From the NCBI GenBank assembly GCA_021849805.1, contig JAJZSL010000002.1, positions 81,229 through 145,228 on the forward strand: a stretch of 64,000 nt of DNA, read 5' to 3'. Below are positions 22,101 through 29,087 of this stretch, one piece after another (the first letter of the stretch is position 1; the number at the start of each line of letters is the position of its first letter). A program made the translations under genes and the position numbers. This DNA is from a bacterium. Lineage in GTDB: Bacteria; Verrucomicrobiota; Verrucomicrobiia; Chthoniobacterales; UBA6821. The notes below the pieces were generated by a model that saw only the letters and a program-made list of their open reading frames with translations, ran no database searches and was not told where the DNA came from.

Positions 22101-25100
22101 TATTACCAGCAAGGTCTCTTTTACTCGTTAGATTTCCACGTCCATCATAACTCTGGGATATACTTCCTAAGCTCTTTCCAGCTCCATCCAAAAGTGCTCG
22201 AACCATGGTGTTGCCATCGTACGTAATCTGAGCATGTGTTCCATTGGAGAAGATTTCTTCAACTAAGCGACCCGAGAGATCGTAGCGATAGGTGCTTGTC
22301 CTTCCATTAGCTTGTGTAACTGATAAAAGTTGGCCTTTGGAGTTATAAATATTACTTTCGATTCCTCCTAGTACCGTTTTGTGAGTAGCAATCTTTCCGC
22401 CTGGCTCATAGGTGAAGGATTCGCTTGCTGCACCGCTACCCAAAGAACGCGTTAGCATATTGCCAAGCGCATCGTAGCTCATGGTGGTAATATTTCCATT
22501 AGGATCAGTAATAGAGAGGCAGTTGCCAAGTGCATCATAGCTGTATTGGGTGGCTGCTATACCAACACTAGTGACACCTTTTTCACTAAGGCCACTGAGC
22601 CAAACTCCTTGGTGAAGGAGGTGGCCAGCTCGATCGTAGTCGTAGTAGGTATAATCAACGGGGTTAAAACGAGTCCCTTGTTCCCACTCAAGTTCTCCGT
22701 TCCAGTTGTAATACCAGCTATGCCATTGAAGAGGATTGCCAACTTTATCAAAAGTTTCCTCAAAGGTAGGATGCCCGAAGGCATCATAGGAATATTTCTT
22801 CAAGATTCCCTCTGCATCCAATTGAAAAACGATCTCTCCACGAGCATTCGTGTTCATTGTTGTTGTGATATTGGGATCATCAGTTCCACTATTCTGAGTC
22901 ATGGAAGTGAGAAAACCATATTGATTGTAGCTATAGCTGGTCGTGAAGCCATCAACATTAACAGAAGCTGGAAGACCAAAATTACCGTAATTGAACTGAG
23001 TGGAGCTTATCGTTTTTCCCTCGGCTCTTCTGGTAATTGCTGTTGGTTGGAGTGGGTGGCTGGAATCAGTATAAGCGTAGGAGGTAGTATTCCCCATGGG
23101 ATCGCTCAGAGAGGTCAGCATATTGTTTGCATTATAGATGAAGCTGCTCTTAGCGTTTTCACTAGAAGAATAACCAGTGATATTTCCATTGAAGGTCTGG
23201 CTGATGAGGTTTCCTTGAGTGTCATATTCAAAGCTACTGATCAATCCTCGAGAATCAATACGGCTGGTAAGGCAGCGCAGAAGGGGATTCCAATTCTGCA
23301 CAATGGTTCTATTACCTGGATCATGAATTTTGCTGATTTGACTATTAAGAATGGAATAAGTTGTAGTGCTACCGAGCGCATTTTTCACACTCGTCGTGCC
23401 ATTGATGGTGTTATCAGCATTGCTGCTACTCACGCTATAAGTAAAGCTAGCACTCAAGGTCGGTTTAGGATTCGTGCCAACAGTAGACGCTTGGCTTATC
23501 ACCCGCCTTTGCTCGTCATAGCTATTTTCTATAATGCGACCGTTCGGTGTTTTCTCCTGTGTTAAGAGATGGGTGGAGTAGAATTTTCCATCAGCATTTT
23601 TTGCATGCTGGTAGGAGTAATTGATCACGGAGTTATCAGCAAGAGTGACTTGTGTAAGATCCCCCAAGGAATCGTAAGCATATTTAATGGTTCTTCCATC
23701 CTTAGAAGTGACTTCTGTGATATTTCCCAAGGCTCCATAATGGAAGTAAAGGCTATTGCCATTGTTGGAAGTAATATTGATTAATTCTCCATAATCACTT
23801 CTCTTGGGATCTGCTCCATAAGAGAAATGATAACCATTGCCATTGGTATCACTCCAACTATCTAAGTAGGGACGAGTTCGATTAATTTCTGGTGATTCTA
23901 GTGAAGGAAAAGAGCGAACCTTAAAGGTGCGTAGCGTTCCATGAGAGCTTTGTAATAAATAGGTATTCTCCTCTTTTTTAGTAATGAAGTTATTGAAGAG
24001 ATTGTGACTCTCAAGAGTAGAACCATCATTAGGGTTCATCAGATTCGGATTGTCACTTAAGGTAGGCCTCCACGTTTTCTCATTAGCCTTGTAGCGATAA
24101 GCAATAACCGATCCATCCTCTTCTGCTGCATAAATCAATGCTGGAGGAGTGGTCTCATTTCCATCTACTGAGAGAAGAAGATAGTGAAAGAAATTTAATT
24201 TCCATCCTCCTCCAAGATTATTGCCAGCAATGTTTTTAGATCCATAGAGGCGCCTTACTTCCAGCGGCATTGGGCCATTGAGCTTCAGATCAAGAGCATT
24301 AATGTAGAATTCCCCAGTAACAACATTCACCGGATCCATGACAAAATTAATCAGTTTCTCATAGTACGAAGGAGAACCCATATATCCATGATTGTTCAGC
24401 TCTGTATTGAGAAGAGATAATGAGGCAGAGGGTTGAGTATTCGGATGATTCGGAGTTGGTTCTGCTCCTGGTGAACCATTAGGAGCTGATGATGGTGGGG
24501 TCGAATTGTTGCTTTGAGGTGGTGGTGTTGGCTCGTAATATGGACTGCTAGGATCATGAGTCATATCATACTCATGATCGTTCTGTGTATTATTAGTCGG
24601 ATCAATATCATCACCATCGTTATCATCATCCATACTGGAATTAAGGTCGACAATCGGCGCAGGATCATCACCACTAATATCGTTTAATGGAGGATTGTTG
24701 CTAGAGATGGGATCATCCAAAGGTTCTCCATAGCCACCATGATCGACAAAGCTGCTATCTGAAATGATGGCTCCAGAAGATCCAGAAGATAGGGTCAGCG
24801 CTCCCATGCCAGTATAGTGACCATAACTAATAGCTCCTTGATGGCAGAGAACAACCCCTTCTAGATGATCCTTCAGCGTGCTCTCTATACTGTCCCAGAG
24901 GCCATACTCTTTTGTTGCACTCAGGAAGGGAACGGGATTCCCATTGATACTATAATTATCTTTTGTAAAGAGACCAACATTCGCTGCGGGGTGAGCTGCG
25001 ATACCGGTTGTTTCACTCCATCCTTGTGCTATATCCAAAAGTCGTAGGGTGGAAATAGCTCCCTTTTGATTAAAAAACTCATTGATAATACGATGTTCTT

Positions 25101-28100
25101 GAGAGGAGCTCTCGAGGGTAAAAAGACGTTCCTCTCCATTAGATTCAAAATAAAAGCTCGTACCAGAGTCATTGTGAGCTGTGTTATTCCAAAGATCGAC
25201 ATCTTCATGAAAGAACATATCGACTCGTGGATAAACGAGGTTAAAGTCCATTTCTCCCTTGCTATTTTTGACTGTTATAGGATTGCGATGACTGTCACGT
25301 GCTGGACTTAGCTTGCTCAGTCCTTCTGCTCGTGTAGTAATCGTGTGAGTTTTAGTAAGACGCTCTAACTGCTGACGAAATTGACTGCAGTAGTAATAGT
25401 AGGCTCTTCCCATGAGGTGGAGCATTTGTCCTGTGGCTATTTCAGGATCAATGGGAAGAGTTGGGTTCTTTTTTATCTTTTTTTGATAGGCCGTATATTT
25501 TGCTAGTTCAAATTCTTTCATCCTCTCGCTAACACGACCATAATTTAAACTCAAGGCAGCCATATCACCTTTTTCTAGGGGGCGCTCGATGCTATTTGTT
25601 AAGCACTCTCCTCCTATTGGGAATTGTTCAAAGTAGTTGAGCTCCTTGCTTTTTGCTTGCTGATGATGGGTGGAGGAGATGATGTAGCTTAAACTTCCAT
25701 CATGAGTGCCTAGGTTGGCAGTAATTTTTTGAGGACTTTGAAAATCTCCTTGATCGGGATTGCTACCTTTGAAGAAGGTGTGCGATTTTTCCTCTTCTTG
25801 GTTATTATTATAAGCTTCGAGTGATAGGGTAATGGTATAATTTCCATCAGGATTAATGTGATGGTAGAGTAAGAGGCGTCGATCATGAATATCGACATAA
25901 CGCATGATTCCAGTTTCTAGGAGTACTGGATTATTCGGATCACTTGCTCCTTTACCATTGCGATTGCTAACGATCTTGATCTCCAGTGTGTCAAAAAGAT
26001 CCTTAAGATACGCTTCTAGCTTTTCGTTATGCTTGAGTGATGCCACATCGAGAACTTCTGTAATATTGTCTCCTGTGATGAGTGGCGTTTGCCATGGTCG
26101 AGGAAAGTCACTCCAATCGGTATAGTAGTGAGGCTGATTGATAAATGAAATCCCCACATCGTCGAGGGAGAGATTATTTTTTGCTAATTCCTGCTCAGCG
26201 AATAAAGGAAAAAGAGTCCCCGGATTATCATTGCTTAAGATTTCAGCATCGTTTGTGTTCAGTGGATTTCGAATTTTCTGATTGTTGAGCACATAGCCAA
26301 ATAGCCATTTTGTGGGAGTATTGAATTCACTTGGAAAGTAGTTCCAAAGATTTTTTCCTTCTTTGACTTGAGTATCTTTCATCCATGGGAAAAGATGAAT
26401 CCAGCTTCCATTCACGTAAGTAGTAACCCAAGGGTAATTAATAGGAATAAGCTCGGGAAGATTAGCAGGAACAAAGGCATTGATGGCTCCTCGGATTTGA
26501 GTGTGAAGTATTTTGCTCAGTTGCTCATCGAAGAGAAGAGTTTTATTATTCTCTGGAAAGACATAGGCTGCAGGATATCCAGCTCTTCTCAAGAGGTAGA
26601 TGAGTAAGGCGCACTGTTCTAGTGGAGATCCTTGCCCTTCGAGATAAGTAGCTAAGGCATCACGAGACATGCCTTGTGGATTGATAGAGAGAGCACTGAT
26701 ACTATCACTCGTATTATAGCCGATGGCATCGGTTAGTTCGATTTCGTTTTGAACATAATTAGCCAAAGCCATAGGATCTCCTCCTTTTTCTTCAACGATA
26801 CTATCAAGTTGGGGATGAATTTTTAATTCAGGGCTCACTCCAAGGCTCAAATACTGATTTTCCTTGGGTGCCAGAAGGGTGTCTGATACTTGAGGGGCTT
26901 GGTGAATGAGTTCATCGACACTTTTTCCTAGGTAAGTACTTGGAAGAGGTATTCCTTGAAAATAAGGAAGATGGAGAAACGTTGTTCTCCAAGAACCAGG
27001 ATCATCAAAATCTAAGGTGTAAGTAAGATTATAAGTATGGGCCTTATGAGGATCCGCTTTTAAGTCTTCTAGAGAAAGTGAAGACTTCATTTGTTGACTG
27101 GCTAGAGAAACATATTCCCAGGATCCCTTTTCGTCAGTGGTTACTTCTTCTGCTCCCAAAATACTTATTTTATAATAATAAGAACTGTTGGCTGCACGGT
27201 GTGTTATGAGAAAAGGATAGGGAAGATCCTCGCCCCAAGTCTCTAGAAGATTGTCTGAGAGGATATATTCAATTTGTGTGTCAAAATCGATTGGAATTTG
27301 ATGACTGTTATCAACGATATGATAATCAATGGTATTACCATGAGCGAGAAGATCACTAAAAGGAGCTTGTGCTGGATGCGCTGGGTCTTTTTTATCTAGG
27401 CTCGAGGGAAGTGAGTATCTTCGTACGCAAATGGGGGCAACCAGCGTTGCTCCATGATCAAAAGATTTTTTGTCATAAATTTCAATCAAGAGATCATAAT
27501 CATCATGAAAATGTAGATTTTTTCCTCCTGCCGCTATTCCAAAATGATAATCTTCATTAATATATAAAGGGCTACCCCCACCTTGACTTCCAAAAGCAAC
27601 AAAGGGAGGTTGCCCACCTGTTACTCTGTTTTCTAGTTTAGGAAGTGTGTTTACTGCTGTATAAGCAAGATGATTAAAGCGTAAGTCAAGATGATAGCAG
27701 GGATTATTAAGTTCTGGTACCGAGGAGACATAACGTAAGAACCAGGGATAAGAAGGATATTGGTCTGCACGAAAACATTCTCGAAAATCATCAATTCCAT
27801 CCAAAGAAATAGCGGTTTCCTCATCCATAGCAATCATACTGCTATAGCAGAGTCCAGCGCCATCAAAACCTCGATAGTAGCGATTGCAGGGTAAAACGTT
27901 GAGTTCTAGAACAGCACTCGTACTCTCTCCCAAGTTATCATAGGCTACTGCGGTGATATGATAATTCCCACTTTGAGGAATAGAACAAGAGAGCTCATAA
28001 GGTTCCTCTCTAAGAGTAGCTATGAAACCGACTTCATTATCATAAAATACTACCTGCTTGATGAGGGTTCCCTGAGGATGCGTTACATGAGCAATCAGGG

Positions 28101-28797
28101 TAACATTAGCAGGGGCTCTGTAAGGACCAGTAGCTGCAATACTAATACTGAAGGGAAGATCGGGAGCAGGTTGATTTTTCCCTGCATCGCTATAGGAGAG
28201 CAGGTTGATTTTGTTATCAGAGTACCCGCTAGCATGAAGTATCTCTTCTACTTTGGTTTGATATTGGAGTGGAGAAGTTGTTTGCTGAGAAAAAGTATCT
28301 TCTTTTTTTGTGGGTTGACTCTTATCGCTAGATTGTTGTTGAGCTTCTGTTCTTTTGTCTAAAGAAATTTCATCATCACTATTCCAAATGCTCCCATCTT
28401 TTTTATAGGCAATGGTCGTAGTATCGCTGCAAGAAATACGAATAACATTTTCTAGAGGTCCTGCGGAGGTTTCTACAGGAAGGAAATACTCTTGAGAAGT
28501 TACTCCAACACCAAGTTGGCCATGTCGATTTTTTCCTTTTCCCCAAAGTGTCCCATCTTTTTTTAAAACAATGGTGAAATCTGCCTGCTCTTTTTGCTGA
28601 GCAACTTCCTTCATGACGATGGAATGATCCGGCAACTTAGAATTTTCTTCCCCCTGTTTTGAACTAAGAGCTCTATGAGAGAATAAGAAGGTGGAAACAA
28701 AAAGAGGATAAAGAACTCTTTTTAAGCAGAAAAATTTCATGAAATAGTTCAAGGAGAGGGGGCGCAACTTGCCTGGTAAGGTAGGCACAACTTTCAT
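19093..28797 (-). CDS. Rhs/YD-repeat polymorphic toxin with RCC1-like, Ig-like and transglutaminase-like N-terminal regions (3234 aa)
   Basis: The N-terminus is hydrophobic and signal-like (MKFFCLKRVLYPLFVSTFLFSHRALS from the alternative ATG at 28740; the ATG at 28797 has a GAGGA Shine-Dalgarno sequence). An RCC1-like motif DGTLWGKGKNRHGQLGVG is present. The transglutaminase-like core is GSPLEQCALLIYLLRRAGYPA ... WIHLFPW. The Rhs plug is DPVNVVTGEFYINALDLKLNGPMPLEVRRLY. Dozens of YD repeats follow (YxYDxxGNL/RL). The terminal motif is YYLGTRYYEPKSGRFLSPDPLGH...GDPVNGIDPDGR. Confidence 0.9.
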   Translation of the reverse strand: MKVVPTLPGKLRPLSLNYFMKFFCLKRVLYPLFVSTFLFSHRALSSKQGEENSKLPDHSIVMKEVAQQKEQADFTIVLKKDGTLWGKGKNRHGQLGVGVTSQEYFLPVETSAGPLENVIRISCSDTTTIAYKKDGSIWNSDDEISLDKRTEAQQQSSDKSQPTKKEDTFSQQTTSPLQYQTKVEEILHASGYSDNKINLLSYSDAGKNQPAPDLPFSISIAATGPYRAPANVTLIAHVTHPQGTLIKQVVFYDNEVGFIATLREEPYELSCSIPQSGNYHITAVAYDNLGESTSAVLELNVLPCNRYYRGFDGAGLCYSSMIAMDEETAISLDGIDDFRECFRADQYPSYPWFLRYVSSVPELNNPCYHLDLRFNHLAYTAVNTLPKLENRVTGGQPPFVAFGSQGGGSPLYINEDYHFGIAAGGKNLHFHDDYDLLIEIYDKKSFDHGATLVAPICVRRYSLPSSLDKKDPAHPAQAPFSDLLAHGNTIDYHIVDNSHQIPIDFDTQIEYILSDNLLETWGEDLPYPFLITHRAANSSYYYKISILGAEEVTTDEKGSWEYVSLASQQMKSSLSLEDLKADPHKAHTYNLTYTLDFDDPGSWRTTFLHLPYFQGIPLPSTYLGKSVDELIHQAPQVSDTLLAPKENQYLSLGVSPELKIHPQLDSIVEEKGGDPMALANYVQNEIELTDAIGYNTSDSISALSINPQGMSRDALATYLEGQGSPLEQCALLIYLLRRAGYPAAYVFPENNKTLLFDEQLSKILHTQIRGAINAFVPANLPELIPINYPWVTTYVNGSWIHLFPWMKDTQVKEGKNLWNYFPSEFNTPTKWLFGYVLNNQKIRNPLNTNDAEILSNDNPGTLFPLFAEQELAKNNLSLDDVGISFINQPHYYTDWSDFPRPWQTPLITGDNITEVLDVASLKHNEKLEAYLKDLFDTLEIKIVSNRNGKGASDPNNPVLLETGIMRYVDIHDRRLLLYHHINPDGNYTITLSLEAYNNNQEEEKSHTFFKGSNPDQGDFQSPQKITANLGTHDGSLSYIISSTHHQQAKSKELNYFEQFPIGGECLTNSIERPLEKGDMAALSLNYGRVSERMKEFELAKYTAYQKKIKKNPTLPIDPEIATGQMLHLMGRAYYYYCSQFRQQLERLTKTHTITTRAEGLSKLSPARDSHRNPITVKNSKGEMDFNLVYPRVDMFFHEDVDLWNNTAHNDSGTSFYFESNGEERLFTLESSSQEHRIINEFFNQKGAISTLRLLDIAQGWSETTGIAAHPAANVGLFTKDNYSINGNPVPFLSATKEYGLWDSIESTLKDHLEGVVLCHQGAISYGHYTGMGALTLSSGSSGAIISDSSFVDHGGYGEPLDDPISSNNPPLNDISGDDPAPIVDLNSSMDDDNDGDDIDPTNNTQNDHEYDMTHDPSSPYYEPTPPPQSNNSTPPSSAPNGSPGAEPTPNHPNTQPSASLSLLNTELNNHGYMGSPSYYEKLINFVMDPVNVVTGEFYINALDLKLNGPMPLEVRRLYGSKNIAGNNLGGGWKLNFFHYLLLSVDGNETTPPALIYAAEEDGSVIAYRYKANEKTWRPTLSDNPNLMNPNDGSTLESHNLFNNFITKKEENTYLLQSSHGTLRTFKVRSFPSLESPEINRTRPYLDSWSDTNGNGYHFSYGADPKRSDYGELINITSNNGNSLYFHYGALGNITEVTSKDGRTIKYAYDSLGDLTQVTLADNSVINYSYQHAKNADGKFYSTHLLTQEKTPNGRIIENSYDEQRRVISQASTVGTNPKPTLSASFTYSVSSSNADNTINGTTSVKNALGSTTTYSILNSQISKIHDPGNRTIVQNWNPLLRCLTSRIDSRGLISSFEYDTQGNLISQTFNGNITGYSSSENAKSSFIYNANNMLTSLSDPMGNTTSYAYTDSSHPLQPTAITRRAEGKTISSTQFNYGNFGLPASVNVDGFTTSYSYNQYGFLTSMTQNSGTDDPNITTTMNTNARGEIVFQLDAEGILKKYSYDAFGHPTFEETFDKVGNPLQWHSWYYNWNGELEWEQGTRFNPVDYTYYDYDRAGHLLHQGVWLSGLSEKGVTSVGIAATQYSYDALGNCLSITDPNGNITTMSYDALGNMLTRSLGSGAASESFTYEPGGKIATHKTVLGGIESNIYNSKGQLLSVTQANGRTSTYRYDLSGRLVEEIFSNGTHAQITYDGNTMVRALLDGAGKSLGSISQSYDGRGNLTSKRDLAGNTWNDTYDGLGRLKSEHGPLRGKNYFYKPGCTSWVNEQGEWQNDFIDGIGRSVLTTLFNADGSVAYEESKVYSGDHQSVSKTMGSGINAITTTTTSDLQGRPLIITHPTSCTLFSYLPGGQLLWYRDDNGIQRSFSYNSLNQLETEMLPFTDSSDNAQVHYERNAAGEILKRIMPEGLIEENEYDQAGQKIADALLGSDGSITRHHTYEYQDGLLSNIKDPRGFSTSFTYDAWGHPLTITSNGSKVPEQNQNTCYTYDPRGLLTSVAQSYSDPSTGPSTLVSRTYSAQGDLSSEATSLNGNIISSWEQTWDDSGRRIGLNWKLAAPGEAGRASGPAYHFSYNALGMMTGAQMNNLQAGSQARGSTCSYGYGDHGLLLWKQTPAGNTTLTRDNYGNIIHTKLPDGSVESLSWREGKKIASYSIAGIDNETRNYKYDGRGNLIEEPYTLLESANPSLLAAGTHTAGYSFDNLGIRDSSSISPSGKTLTGSSGYIVKSENSFHQPTLDIDYSSDWYNYPWSMDYDGLGEVTVRHSENFTTQSLSWDSFGRLVRISQRNAKDQGYNWSTSYDGLGRRIETRYADASGNSETSTPLKLRYYYDPEIEFLELGHSYVHESFSSWPSAISPSSRLETIWNLYGPDRSGFYGGAEGIGGLEATYEENGQNLHGVINNYFGDSLAITTDAGLYPWGNVLGGYGAMPGSSLNTDLVAQWRDRYLDWSGFYYLGTRYYEPKSGRFLSPDPLGHAASLNLYDYCHGDPVNGIDPDGRCVESAHSRGYLDETEYQNAGYMIEKAREQSDPSLGMSILRGLGLSLLDQNLGDTSITSSSEAVNYSINGVNMNDAMSKEMSQNVSNHLHVDQVTPIPNPTHGIFFDLIRAAGQNLGITDLTSLRAADTFNASAAGKIHVVSYSNGSSLLLGALPFVHDDVKSRMDVQALGGQVFIDQNRYGLHSSINYRVPSDPIPSFNLSNRNKAYELIEGPAFDWKHPFQAHNFKNYYAPSIRPAF
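19096..19809 (-). other. Variable C-terminal toxin domain (238 aa), possibly an alpha/beta-hydrolase-like esterase or lipase
   Basis: This is the sequence after the Rhs end motif and has no YD repeats. It contains a beta-strand plus nucleophile-elbow-like stretch, GKIHVVSYSNGSSLLLGAL, and later Asp/His candidates (FVHDD, WKHPFQAHN). The functional call is inference only. Confidence 0.35.
19810..24336 (-). other. Rhs/YD-repeat shell region of the toxin (about residues 1488-2996)
   Basis: It is bounded by the DPVNVVTGEF plug motif (Asp codon at 24334-24336) and the GDPVNGIDPDGR end motif (last codon ends at 19810). Confidence 0.8.
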
Positions 28798-29087
28798 GTT
28801 GTTTCCTCAAAGTCAAGAAAATTAACCAACAAAAATAAATCATTATTTTATTGACTTTCAGATATTTACTGCTCTTTAAGGAGGCATCCTCTTCCATGCT
28901 ATTCCCGTCGATAGAACTGGTGCTCTCAAAAACTAAAATTTTATAGGGTTGACGTTTCTTAGTTGATGCTATGATGAGAGAACAATGTTGTTTTTTTTAA
29001 TAGCATCGACGATATCTTTTCTCTTAGCTTTCTTTGGTAATACTTCTGAAAAGTTCTGCGCTTCTTTAACCTAAGTTTCAGCAATTA

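Noticed and set aside
22546-23565. A 339-aa plus-strand ORF, with several shorter ones, lying antisense inside the Rhs gene.
   Set aside because: It lies entirely within the well-supported minus-strand Rhs CDS. Its product is low-complexity with no motif. Long antisense ORFs are an expected by-product of the biased YD-repeat codon composition.
28741-28797. Uncertainty over the Rhs start codon (ATG at 28797 versus ATG at 28740).
   Set aside because: This is not resolved. 28797 has a GAGGA Shine-Dalgarno-like sequence 6 nt upstream, whereas 28740 gives a more canonical signal peptide. The longer ORF is kept in the feature table.
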